DNA of 64,000 nucleotides, taken from NCBI RefSeq assembly GCF_009914755.1, contig NC_060948.1. One strand, 5' to 3'. Both the position numbers and the translations under genes were made by a program. Positions 14,325-28,534 of the stretch are shown piece by piece. Every line of letters starts with the position of its first letter. The first letter of the stretch is position 1. The DNA comes from the human T2T-CHM13v2.0 reference genome, Homo sapiens. A model generated the notes under the pieces. That model did no database searches. It was not told where the DNA came from and was given only the letters and a program-made list of their open reading frames with translations.

Positions 14325-17300
14325 TTGAATGGAATAGAACAGAATGGAATCAAATCGAATGAAATGGAATGGAAGAGAAAGGAATGGAATGAAATGGAAT
14401 GGAAAGGATTCGAATGGAATGCAATCGAATGGAATGCAATCGAATGGAATGGAATCGAACGGAATGGAATAAAATGGAAGAAAACTGGCAAGAAATGGAA
14501 TCGAAATGAATGGAGTGTTATGGAACGGACTCAAAAGGAATTGAATGTAATAGAATGGAGTGGAGTGGACTCGAATATAATGGACTGGAATGGAATGAAA
14601 TCACATGGAATGGGAACGAATGGAATGGAATGGAAAGGAATGGAATGGAAAGGAATGGAATCGAATGGAAAGGAATCGAATGGAAGGGAATGAAATTGAA
14701 TCAACAGGAATGGAAGGAAGTAGAATAGACGGTAATGGAATGGACTCGAATAGAATGGACACGAATGCTCAAATTGAATGGACTCGAATGGAATGGAAAC
14801 GAAAGGAATGTCGTCGAATGGAATTGAATCGATTGGAATGAAATCGCATAGAATGGAGTGGAATCAAATGGAATTGAATCGAAAGGAAAGGAAGCGAATG
14901 GTCTGAAATGAAATGGAATGGAATTGAATGGAAAGTAATGCAAGGGAATAGAATGGAACGAAATTTCACGGAATGGAATCAAACTGAATGGAATCAAATC
15001 AATGGAATATAGTCAAATGGCATGGAAAGGAATTGAATGGAGTAGATTGGATTGGATGGGATTGGAATGAAATGTACTGGAAAGGACTCGAATTTCATGA
15101 AATGGAATGGAATGAACTGGAACGGAATGGACTCGAATGGAATGGAATGTCATGGAATGGCATCAAATGGAATGGCATCAAATGGAATGGAATCGAATGC
15201 AATGGAATGCTATGGAATGGAATGGAATGCATTGGAATGGAATGTCCCCTAATGGAATGGATTCGAGTGGAATGGAATCGAATATAATGGAGTCGAATGA
15301 AATGGAATTGAAAGGAAAGGGATCGAATACAATGGAATATACTGGAATGTAATGTAATGAACTCGAATGTAATTGACTAGAATGGAATGTACATGAATGG
15401 AATGTAATCGAATGGAAAATAATCTCATGGAATAGAATCTAATGCAATAAAATCGACTCAAATAGAATAGAATGTAATGGAATGGAGTGCAGTGCAATGG
15501 AATGGAATGGAATGGAATGCAATGGAATGGAATGGAATGGGATGGAATGGTATGGGATGGATAGAAATGGACTGGAGTGAAATGGACTGGAAAGTAATGC
15601 ACTCAAATTGAAAGAGCTCGAAAGAATGGAGTCAAATGGAATGTTCTGGAATGGAATGAACACGAATGTAATGCAATCCAATAGAATGGAATCGAATGGC
15701 ATGGAATATAAAGAAATGGAATCGAAGAGAATGGAAACGAATGGAATGGAATTGAATGGAATGGGAACGAATGGAGTGAAATTGTATGCAGTAGAAGAGA
15801 ATAGAATGGAATGCAAGCGAAATTAAAGGAATGGATTGGAATGGAATGGAATTCATTGGAATGGAAGGGAATGTATTGCAATGGACAGGCCTTTAATAAA
15901 GTGGAATGCTACGGTCTCGAATGGAATAAAAAAGTATGGAATGGAATTCAATGAAACGGAATCGAATGTCATAGAATGTAATGGAATGCAAAAAAATGGA
16001 ATCCAAAATCATTGACTGGAAAGGCTGGGTGTCGAAAGGAATTGACTCCAATGGAATGGAATCGAATGGAATGGAAGTGAATAGAATGGAACTAAATCGA
16101 ATGGAATGGAATTGATAGGAACGGAATGGAAAGGAATGCAATGATTTGGCATGGAATGGAATCGAATGGCATCGAATGGAATGGAATGGAATGCAATGGA
16201 ATGGAATGTATTAGAATGTAATGAACTTTAATGGAATGTACTCGAATGGATTCGACTGGAATGGAATGTTCTGGAAGTGAATGGACTCCAATGGAATGGA
16301 TTCAAAAGGAATGGAGTCGTACGGAATGGAATCTAATGGAATGGAATTAAATGGAAATGAATCAAATTGAATAGAACGGAATTGAATTGAATGGAATGGA
16401 ATGCAATGGAATCTAATGAAACGGAAAGGAAAGGAATGCAATGGAATGGAATGGGCTGGAATGGAAAGGAATCGAAACGAATGGAATGGAATCGAACTGA
16501 AGAGACTGGAATGGAATGCACTGGAATGGAAGGGAGTGTAATGGAAGGTTCTCGAAAAAAATGGAATCGAATGGAATGGAATTGAGTGGAACGGAATAGA
16601 GTCGAATGGAATTGAATGGAATGGAATGGACTAGAGTGAAATGGAATCGAACCACAAGGAATGGACAGGAATAGAATGGTCTCGAATTGAATGGAATCGT
16701 ATGGAATGGCATCAAACGGAATGGAATGGACAGCCACGGAATGGAATGCACTCGAATGCAATGGAGTCGAAACTAATGGACTGGAATAGAATGGACTCGA
16801 CTGGTACGGACTCCAATGGAATGGAATCGAATGGAAGGGAATCGAACGGAATGGACTCGAAGGGAAAAGACTGCAATGGAAAGGTCTCGAATGGAATGGA
16901 AATTAATGGAATGGAACGGAATCGAATGAAATGGAGTCAAAAGGAATGGAATCGAATGGCAAGAAATCGAATGTAATGGAATCGCAAGGAATTGATGTGA
17001 ACGGAACGGAATGGAATGGAATCCAAAGGAATGGAATAGAATGGAATGGAATCGAATGGAAAGGACTCGAATGGAAATCACTCGAATAGAATGCAATTTA
17101 ATAAAATAGGATCAAATGTAATGGAATGGAATGGAAAGGAATCGAAACGAAAGGAATGGAGACAGATGGAATGGAATGGAACAGAGAGCAATGGTATAGA
17201 ATGGAATGGAATCATCTGGAATGGAATTGAATGGAATGGAATAATATGAAATGGAATGGAATGGAATGGAATGCCCTTGAATTAAATGGACTGGAATGGA

Positions 17301-17872
17301 ATGGACTCAAACAGAGTGGAATGGAAAGTGTGGATATAGAATGGAATGAACTCCTTTGGAATGGTCTAGTAGACAATGCAATCGACTGGCAGGGAATCAA
17401 AAGGAATGTAATCGAATGGATTGGACTGGAATACAATGGACTCGAATAGATTGGAAACGGAATGCAAAGGAATGGAATGGAATAGTATGGAATGGTATGG
17501 AAAGGAATGGAGTGGAATAGACTAGAGTGGAATGGAATGGAGTGGAAAGCAATGGACTGGAATGGAACATTCTTGAATGGACTGGAATCAAACGGAATGG
17601 AATGCAATGCAATCAAATGGCATGGAATAAAATAGAATGAAAGAGAATCAAATGGAATTGAATCGAATGGAATCGAATGGATTGGAAAGGAATAGAATGG
17701 AATGGAATTTAATTGACTCAAATGGAATGGACTAGAATGGAATGGATTCGAATGGAAGGCAAAGGAATGGAATCTATTGGAATGGACTGTAATGGAATGG
17801 AATGGAAGGGATTGGAATGGACTCGAATGGAATGGACTGCAATAGAAAGGATTCGAATGGAATGAAAAAGAA
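14325..17872 (+). repeat. Unit 5 (3548 bp), chimera of unit-1-like and unit-2-like halves
   Basis: Unit-1 markers up to ~15950, unit-2 markers from ~16085 onward. Confidence 0.85.
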
Positions 17873-20800
17873 TTGAATGGAATAGAACAGAATGGAATCA
17901 AATCGAATGAAATGGAATGGAATAGAAAGGAATGGAATGAAATGGAATGGAAAGGATTCGAATGGAATGCAATCGAATGGAATGGAATCGAACGGAATGG
18001 AATAAAATGGAAGAAAACTGGCAAGAAATGGAATCGAAATGAATGGAGTGTTATGGAACGGACTCAAAAGGAATTGAATGTAATAGAATGGAGTGGAGTG
18101 GACTCGAATATAATGGACTGGAATGGAATGAAATCACATGGAATGGGAACGAATGGAATGGAATGGAAAGGAATGGAATCGAATGGAAAGGAATCGAATG
18201 GAAGGGAATGCAATTGAATCAACAGGAATGGAAGGGAATAGAATAGACGGTAATGGAATGGACTCGAATAGAATGGACACGAATGCTCAAATTGAATGGA
18301 CTCGAATGGAATGGAAACGAAAGGAATGTCATCGAATGGAATTGAATCGATTGGAATGAAATCGCATAGAATGGAGTGGAATCAAATGGAATTGAATCGA
18401 AAGGAAAGGAAGCCAATGGACTGAAATGAAATGGAATGGAATGGAATGGAAAGTAATGCAATGGAATAGAATGGAACGAAATTTCACGGAATGGAATGAA
18501 ACTGAATGGAATCAAATCAATGGAATCTAATCAAGTGGAATGGAAAGGAATTGAATGGAGTAGATTGGATTGGATGGGATTGGAATGAAATGTACTGGAA
18601 AGGACTCGAATTTCATGAAACGGAATGGAATGAATTGGAACGGAATGGACTCGAATGGAATGGAATGTCATGGAATGGCATCAAATGGAATGGCATCAAA
18701 TGGAATGGAATCGAATGCAATGGAATGCTATGGAATGGAATGGAATGCATTGGAATGGAATGTCCTCTAATGGAATGGATTCGAGAGGAATGGAATTGAA
18801 TATAATGGAGTCGAATGAAATGGAATTGAAAGGAATGGGATCGAATACAATGGAATATACTGGAATGTAATGTAATGAACTTGAATGTAATTGACTGTAA
18901 TGGAATGTACATGAATGGAATGTAATCGAATGGAAAGTAATCCAATGGAATAGAATCTAATGCAATAAAATCGACTCAGATAGAGTAGAATGTAATGGAA
19001 TGGAGTGCAGTGCAATGGAATGGAATGGAATGGAATGCAATGGAATGGAATGGAATGGAATGGAATGGGATGGAATGGTATGGAATGGATAGTAATGGAC
19101 TGGAGTGAAATGGACTGGAAAGGAATGGACTCAAATTGAAAGGGCTCGAAAGGAATGGAGACAAATGGAATGGTCTGGAATGGAATGAACACGAATGTAA
19201 TGCAATCCAATAGAATGGAGTCGAATGGCAGGGAATATAAAGAAATGGAATCGAAGAGAATGGAAACAAATGGAATGGAATTGAATGGAATGGAATTGAA
19301 TGGAATGGGAACGAATGGAGTGAAATTGTATGCAGTAGAAGAGAATAGAATGGAATGCAAGCGAAAGGAAAGGAATGGATTGGAATGGAATGGAATTCAT
19401 TGGAATGGAAGGGAATGTAGTGTAATGGACAGGCCTGGAATAAAGTGGAATGCTACGGTCTCGAATGGAATAAAAATGTATGGAATGGAATGCAATGAAA
19501 CGGAATCGAATGTCATAGAATGTAATGGAATGCAAAAAAATGGAATCCAAAATCATTGACTGGAAAGGCTGGGTGTCGAAAGGAATTGACTCCAATGGAA
19601 TGGAATCGAATGGAATGGAAGTGAATAGAATCAAACTAAATCGAATGGAATGGAATTGATAGGAACGGAATGGAAAGGAATGCAATGATTTGGCATGGAA
19701 TGGAATCGAATGGCATCAAATGGAATGGAATGGAATGCAATGGAATGGAATGTATTAGAATATAATGAACTTTAATGGAATGTACTCGAATGGATTCGAC
19801 TGGAATGGAATGTTCTGGAAGTGAATGGACTCCAATGGAATGGATTCCAAAGGAATGGAATCGTACGGAATGGAATCTAATGGAATGGAATTAAATGGAA
19901 ATGAATCAAATTGAATAGCACGGAATTGAATTGAATGGAATGGAATGCAATGGAATCTAATGAAACGGAAAGGAAAGGAATGCAATGGAATGGAATGGGC
20001 TGGAATGGAAAGGAATCGAAACGAATGGAATGGAATCGAACTGAAGAGACTGGAATGGAAAGCACTGGAATGGAAGGGAGTGTAATGGAAGGTTCTCGAA
20101 AAAAATGGAATCGAATGGAATGGAATTGAATGGAACGGAATAGAGTCGAATGCAATTGAATGGAATGGAATGGACTAGAGTGAAATGGAATCGAACCACA
20201 AGGAATGGACAGGAATAGAATGGTCTCGAATTGAATGGAATCGTATGGAATGGCATCAAACGGAATGGAATGGACAGCCACGGAATGGAATGCACTCGAA
20301 TGCAATGGAGTCGAAACTAATGGACTGGAATAGAATGGATTCGACTGGTACGGACTCCAATGGAATGGAATCGAATGGAAGGGAATCGAACGGAATGGAC
20401 TCGAAGGGAAAAGACTGCAATGGAAAGGTCTCGAATGGAATGGAAATTAATGGAATGGAATGGAATCGAATGAAATGGAGTCAAAAGGAATGGAATCGAA
20501 TGGCAAGAAATCAAATGTAATGGAATCGCAAGGAATTGATGTGAACGGAACGGAATGGAATGGAATCCAAAGGAATGGAATAGAATGGAATGGAATCGAA
20601 TGGAAAGGACTCGAATGGAAATCACTCGAATAGAATGCAATTTAATAAAATAGGATTAAATGTAATGGAATGGAATGGAAAGGAATCGAAACGAAAGGAA
20701 TGGAGACCGATGGAATGGAATGGAACAGAGTGCAATGGTATAGAATGGAATGGAATCATCTGGAATGGAATTGAATGGAATGGAATAATATGAAATGGAA

Positions 20801-21421
20801 TGGAATGGAATGGAATGGAATGCCCTTGAATTAAATGGACTGGAATGGAATGGACTCGAACAGATTGGAATGGTAAGTGTTGAGATAGAATGGAATGGAC
20901 TCCTTTAGAATGGTGTAGTATGCAATGTAATCGACTGGCAGGGAATCAAAAGGAATGTAATCGAATGGATTGGACTGGAATGCAATGGACTCGAATAGAT
21001 TGGAAACGGAATGCAAAGGAATGGAATGGAATAGTATGGAATGGAATGGAAAGGAATGGAGTGGAATTGACTAGAGTGGAATGGAATGGACTGGAAAGCA
21101 ATGGACTGGAATGGAACTTTCTTGAATGGACTGGAATCAAACGGAATGGAATGCAATGCAATCAAATGGCATGGAATAAAATAGAATGAAAGAGAATCAA
21201 ATGGAATTGAATCGAATGGAATCGAATGGATTGGAAAGGAATAGAATGGAATGGAATGGAATTGACTCAAATGGAATGGACTAGAATGGAATGGATTCGA
21301 ATGGAAGGCAAAGGAATGGAATCTATTGGAATGGAATGTAATGGAATGGAATGGAAGGGATTGGAATGGACTCGAATGGAATGGACTGCAATAGAAAGGA
21401 TTCGAATGGAATGAAAAAGAA
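17873..21421 (+). repeat. Unit 6 (3549 bp), mosaic of unit-3-like and unit-4-like segments
   Basis: Unit-3 markers at 18181-18545, unit-4 markers at 19150-20160. Confidence 0.8.
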
Positions 21422-24400
21422 TTGAATGGAATAGAACAGAATGGAATCAAATCGAATGAAATGGAATGGAATAGAAAGGAATGGAATGAAATGGAATGGA
21501 AAGGATTCGAATGGAATGCAATCGAATGGAATGGAATCGAACGGAATGGAATAAAATGGAAGAAAACTGGCAAGAAATGGAATCGAAATGAATGGAGTGT
21601 TATGGAACGGACTCAAAAGGAATTGAATGTAATAGAATGGAGTGGAGTGGACTCGAATATAATGGACTGGAATGGAATGAAATCACATGGAATGGGAACG
21701 AATGGAATGGAATGGAAAGGAATGGAATGGAATGGAAAGGAATCGAATGGAAGGGAATGAAATTGAATCAACAGGAATGGAAGGGAATAGAATAGACGGT
21801 AATGGAATGGACTCGAATAGAATGGACACGAATGCTCAAATTGAATGGACTAGAAAGGAATGGAAAGGAAAGGAATGTCATCGAATGGAATTGAATCGAT
21901 TGGAATGAAATCGCATAGAATGGAGTGGAATCAAATGGAATTGAATCGAAAGGAAAGGAAGCGAATGGACTGAAATGAAATGGAATGGAATTGAATGGAA
22001 AGTAATGCAATGGAATAGAATGGAACGAAATTTCACGGAATGGAATCAAACTGAATGGAATCAAATCAATGGAATCAAATCAAATGGAATGGAAAGGAAT
22101 TGAATGGAGTAGATTGGATTGGATGGGATTGGAATGAAATGTACTGGAAAGGACTCGAATTTCATGAAACGGAATGGAATGAATTGGAACGGAATGGCCT
22201 CGAATGGAATGGAATGTCATCGAATGGCATCAAATGAAATGGCATCAAATGGAATGGAATCGAATGCAATGGAATGCTATGGAATGGAATGGAATGCATT
22301 GGAATGGAATGTCCTCTAATGGAATGGATTCGAGTGGAATGGAATCGAATATAATGGAGTCGAATGAAATGGAATTGAAAAGAATGGGATCGAATACAAT
22401 GGAATATACTGGAATGTAATGTAATGAACTCGAATGTAATTGACTGGAATGGAATGTACATGAATGGAATGTAATCGAATAGAAAGTAATCCAATGGAAT
22501 AGAATCTAATGCAATAAAATCGACTCAGATAGAGTAGAATGTAATGGAATGGAGTGCAGTGCAATGGAATGGAATGGAATGGAATGCAATGGAATGGAAT
22601 GGAATGGAATGGGATGGAATGGTATGGAATGGATAGTAATGGACTGGAGTGAAATGGACTGGAAAGGTATGGACTCAAATTGAAAGGGCTCGAAAGGAAT
22701 GGAGTCAAATGGAATGGTCTGGAATGGAATGAACACGAATGTAATGCAATCCAATAGAATGGAATCGAATGGCATGGAATATAAAGAAATGGAATCGAAG
22801 AGAATGGAAACAAATGGAATGGAAGTGAATGGAATGGAATTGAATGGAATGGGAACGAATGGAGTGAAATTGTATGCAGTAGAAGAGAATAGAATGGAAT
22901 GCAAGCGAAAGGAAAGGAATGGATTGGAATGGAATGGAATTCATTGGAATGGAAGGGAATGTAGTGTAATGGACAGGCCTGGAATAAAGTGGAATGCTAC
23001 GGTCTCGAATGGAATAAAAATGTATGGAATGGAATGCAATGAAACGGAATCGAATGTCATAGAATGTAATGTAATGCAAAAAAATGGAATCCAAAATCAT
23101 TGACTGGAAAGGCTGGGTGTCGAAAGGAATTGACTCCAATGGAATGGAATCGAATGGAATGGAAGTGAATAGAATCGAACTAAATCGAATGGAATGGAAT
23201 TGATAGGAACGGAATGGAAAAGAATGCAATGATTTGGCATGGAATGGAATCGAATGGCATCGAATGGAATGGAATGGAATGCAATGGAATGGAATGTATT
23301 AGAATGTAATGAACTTTAATGGAATGTACTCGAATGGATTCGACTGGAATGGAATGTTCTGGAAGTGAATGGACTCCAATGGAATGGATTCAAAAGGAAT
23401 GGAATCGTACGGAATGGAAACTAATGGAATGGAATTAAATGGAAATGAATCAAATTGAATAGCACGGAATTGAATTGAATGGAATCGAATGCAATGGAAT
23501 CTAATGAAACGGAAAGGAAAGGAATGGAATGGAATGGAATGGGCTGGAATGGAACGGAATCGAAACGAATGGAATGGAATCGAACTGAAGAGACTGGAAT
23601 GGAATGCACTGGAATGGAAGGGAGTGTAATGGAAGGTTCTCGAAAAAAATGGAATGGAATAGAATGGAATTGAATGGAACGGAATAGAGTCGAATGGAAT
23701 TGAATGGAATGGAATGGACTAGAGTGAAATGGAATCGAACCACAAGGAATGGACAGGAATAGAATGGTCTCGAATTGAATGGAATCGTACGGAATGGCAT
23801 CAAACGGAATGGAATGGACAGCCACGGAATGGAATGCACTCGAATGCAATGGAGTCGAAACTAAAGGACTGGAATAGAATGGACTCAACTGGTACGGACT
23901 CCAATGGAATGGAATCGAATGGAAGGGAATCGATCGGAATGGACTCGAAGGGAAAAGACTGCAATGGAAAGGTCTCGAATGGAATGGAAATTAATGGAAT
24001 GGAATGGAATCGAATGAAATGGAGTCAAAAGGAATGGAATCGAATGGCAAGAAATCGAATGTAATGGAATCGCAAGGAATTGATGTGAACGGAACGGAAA
24101 GGAATGGAATCCAAAGGAATGGAATAGAATGGAATGGAATCGAATGGAAAGGACTCGAATGGAAATCACTCGAATAGAATGCAATTTAATAAAATAGGAT
24201 CAAATGTAATGGAATGGAATGGAAAGGAATCGAATCGAAAGGAATGGAGACAGATGGAATGGAATGGAACAGAGAGCAATGGTATAGAATGGAATGGAAT
24301 CATCTGGAATGGAATTGAATGGAATGGAATAATATGAAATGGAATGGAATGGAATGGAATGGAATGCCCTTGAATTAAATGGACTGGAATGGAATGGACT

Positions 24401-24965
24401 CGAACAGAGTGGAATGGAAAGTGTTGAAATAGAATGGAATGGACTCGTTTGGAATGGTCTAGTATGCAATGCAATCGACTGGCAGGGAATCAAAAGGAAT
24501 GTAATGGAATGGATTGGACTGGAATGCAATGGACTCGAATAGATTGGAAACGGAATACAAAGGAATGGAATGGAATAGTATGGAATGGAATGGAAAGGAA
24601 TGGAGTGGAATAGACTAGAGTGGAATGGAATGGACTGGAAAGCAATGGACTGGAATGGAACTTTCTTGAATGGACTGGAATCAAACGGAATGGAATGCAA
24701 TGCAATCAAATGGCATGGAAGAAAATAGAATGAAAGAGAATCAAATGGAATTGAATCGAATGGAATCGAATGGATTGGAAAGGAATAGAATGGAATGGAA
24801 TGGAATTGACTCAAATGGAATGGACTAGAATGGAATGGATTCGAATGGAAGGCAAAGGAATGGAATCTATTGGAATGGACTGTAATGGAATGGAATGGAA
24901 GGGATTGGAATGGACTCGAATGGAATGGACTGCAATAGAAAGGATTCGAATGGAATGAAAAAGAA
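21422..24965 (+). repeat. Unit 7 (3544 bp)
   Basis: Landmark spacing 21422 to 24966; private extra HaeIII site GGCC at 22196-22199. Confidence 0.9.
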
Positions 24966-27900
24966 TTGAATGGAATAGAACAGAATGGAATCAAATCGAA
25001 TGAAATGGAATGGAATAGAAAGGAATGGAATGAAATGGAATGGAAAGGATTCGAATGGAATGCAATCGAATGGAATGAAATCGAATGGAATGGAATCGAA
25101 CGGAATGGAATAAAATGGAAGAAAACTGGCAAGAAATGGAGTCGAAATGAATGGAGTGTTATGGAACGGACTCAAAAGGAATTGAATGTAATAGAATGGA
25201 GTGGAGTGGACTCGAATATAATGGACTGGAATGGAATGAAATCACATGGAATGGGAACGAATGGAATGGAATGGAAAGGAATGGAATCGAATGGAAAGGA
25301 ATCGAATGGAAGGGAATGAAATTGAATCAACAGGAATGGAAGGGAGTAGAATAGACGGTAATGGAATGGACTCGAATAGAATGGACACGAATGCTCAAAT
25401 TGAATGGACTCGAATGGAATGGAAACGAAAGGAATGTCATCGAATGGAATTGAATCGATTGGAATGAAATCACATAGAATGGAGTGGAATCAAATGGAAT
25501 TGAATCGAAAGGAAAGGAAGCGAATGGACTGAAATGAAATGGAATGGAATTGAATGGAAATTAATGCAATGGAATAGAATGGAACGAAATTTCACGGAAT
25601 GGAATCAAACTGAATGGAATCAAATCAATGGAATATAATCAAATGGAATGGAAAGGAATTGAATGGAGTAGATTGGATTGGATGGGATTGGAATGAAATG
25701 TACTGGAAAGGACTCGAATTTCATGAAACGGAATGGAATGAATTAGAACGGAATGGACTCGAATGGAATGGAATGTCATGGAATGGCATCAAATGGAATG
25801 GAATCGAATGCGATGGAATGCTATGGAATGGAATGGAATGCATTGGAATGGAATGTCCTCTAATGGAATGGATTCGAGTGGAATGGAATCGAATATAATG
25901 GAGTCTAATCAAAGGGAATTGAAAGGAATGGGACCGAATACAATGGAATATACTGGAATGTAATGTAATGAACTCGAATGTAATTGACTGGAATGGAATG
26001 TACATGAATGGAATGTAATCGAATGGAAAGCAATCCAATGGAATAGAATCTAATGCAATAAAATGGACTCAAATAGAGTAGAATATAATGGAATGGAGTG
26101 CAGTGCAATGGAATGGAATGGAATGGAATGCAATGGAATGGAATGGAATGGAATGGAATGGAATGGGATGGAATGGTATGGAATGGATAGTAATGGACTG
26201 GAGTGAAATGGACTGGAAAAGAATGGACTCAAATTGAAAGGGCTCGAAAGGAATGGAGTCAAATGGAATGGTCTGGAATGGAATGAACATGAATGTAATG
26301 CAATCCAATAGAATGGAATCGAATGGCATGGAATATAAAGAAATGGAATCGAAGAGAATGGAAACAAATGGAATGGAATTGAATGGAATGGAATTGAATG
26401 GAATGGGAACGAATGGAGTGAAATTGTATGCAGTAGAAGAGAATAGAATGGAATGCAAGCGAAAGGAAAGGAATGGATTGGAATGGAATGGAATTCATTG
26501 GAATGGAAGGGAATGTAGTGTAATGGACAGGCCTGGAATAAAGTGGAATGCTACGGTCTCGAATGGAATAAAAATGTATGGAATGGAATGCAATGAAACG
26601 GAATCGAATGTCATAGAATGTAATGGAATGCAAAAAAATGGAATCCAAAATCATTGACTGGAAAGGCTGGGTGTCGAAAGGAATTGACTCCAATGGAATG
26701 GAATCGAATGGAATGGAAGTGAATAGAATCGAACTAAATCGAATGGAATGGAATTGATAGGAACGGAATGGAAAGGAATGCAATGATTTGGCATGGAATG
26801 GAATATAATGGCATCGAATGGAATGGAATGCAATGGAATGGAATGTATTAGAATGTAATGAACTTTAATGGAATGTACTCGTATGGATTCGACTGGAATG
26901 GAAGGTTCTCGAAGTGAATGGACTCCAATGGAATGGATTCAAAAGGAATGGAATCGTACGGAATGGAATCTAATGGAATGGAATTAAATGGAAATGAATC
27001 AAATTGAATAGCACGGAATTGAATTGAATGGAATCGAATGCAATGGAATCTAATGAAACGGAAAGGAAAGGAATGGAATGGATTGGAATGGAATGGGCTG
27101 GAATGGAATGGAATCGAAACGAATGGAATGGAATCGAACTGAAGAGACTGGAATGGAATGCACTGGAATGGAAGGGAATGTAATGGAAGGTTCTCGAAAA
27201 AAATGGAATCGAAAGGAATGGAATTGAATGGAACGGAATAGAGTCGAATGGAATTCAATGGAATGGAATGGACTAGAGTGAAATGGAATCGAACCACAAG
27301 GAATGGACAGGAATAGAATGGTCTCGAATTGAATGGAATCGTATGGAATGGCATCAAACGGAATGGAATGGACAGCCACGGAATGGAATGGACACCCACG
27401 GAATGGAATGCACTCGAATGCAATGGAGTCGACACTAATGGACTGGAATAGAATGGACTCGACTGGTACGGACTCCAATGGAATGGAATCGAATGGAAGG
27501 GAATCGAACGGAATGGACTCGAAGGGAAAAGACTGCAATGGAAAGGTCTCGAATGGAATGGAAATTAATGGAATGGAATGGAATCGAATGAAATGGAGTC
27601 AAAAGGAATGGAATCGAATGTCAAGAAATCGAATGTAATGGAATCGCAAGGAATTGATGTGAACGGAACGGAATGGAATGGAATCCAAAGGAATGGAATA
27701 GAATGGAATGGAATCGAATGGAAAGGACTCGAATGGAAATCACTCGAATAGAATGCAATTTAATAAAATAGGATCAAATGTAATGGAATGGAATGGAAAG
27801 GAATCGAAACGAAAGGAAAGGAGACAGATGGAATGGAATGGAACAGAGAGCAATGGTATAGAATGGAATGGAATCATCTGGAATGGAATTGAATGGAATG

Positions 27901-28534
27901 GAATAATATGAAATGGAAAGGAATGGAATGGAATGCCCTTGAATTAAATGGACTGGAATGGAATGGACTCGAACAGAGTGGAATGGAAAGTGTTGAAATA
28001 GAATGGAATGGACTCGTTTGGAATGGTCTAGTATGCAATGCAATCGACTGGCAGGGAATCAAAAGGAATGTAATCGAATGGATTGGACTGGAATGCAATG
28101 GACTCGAATAGATTGGAAACGGAAAGCAAAGGAATGGAATGGAATAGTATGGAATGGAATGGAAAGGAATGGAGTGGAATAGACTAGAGTGGAATGGAAT
28201 GGACTGGAAAGCAATGGACTGGAATGGAACTTTCTTGAATGGACTGGAATCAAACGGAATGGAATGCAATGCAATCAAATGGCATGGAATAAAATAGAAT
28301 GAAAGAGAATGAAATGGAATTGAATCGAATGGAATCGAATGGATTGGAAAGGAATAGAATGGAATGGAATGGAATTGACTCAAATGGAATGGACTAGAAT
28401 GGAATGGATTCGAATGGAAGGCAAAGGAATGGAATCTATTGGAATGGACTGTAATGGAATGGAATGGAAGGGATTGGAATGGACTCGAATGGAATGGACT
28501 GCAATAGAAAGGATTCGAATGGAATGAAAAAGAA
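24966..28534 (+). repeat. Unit 8 (3569 bp)
   Basis: Landmark spacing 24966 to 28535; private 20-bp duplication at 27361-27400. Confidence 0.9.

Noticed and set aside
24200-25132. Longest minus-strand ORF (310 aa), recurring at 191-310 aa
   Set aside because: Its length changes with pentamer copy number and frameshifts between units, so there is no sign of coding constraint.
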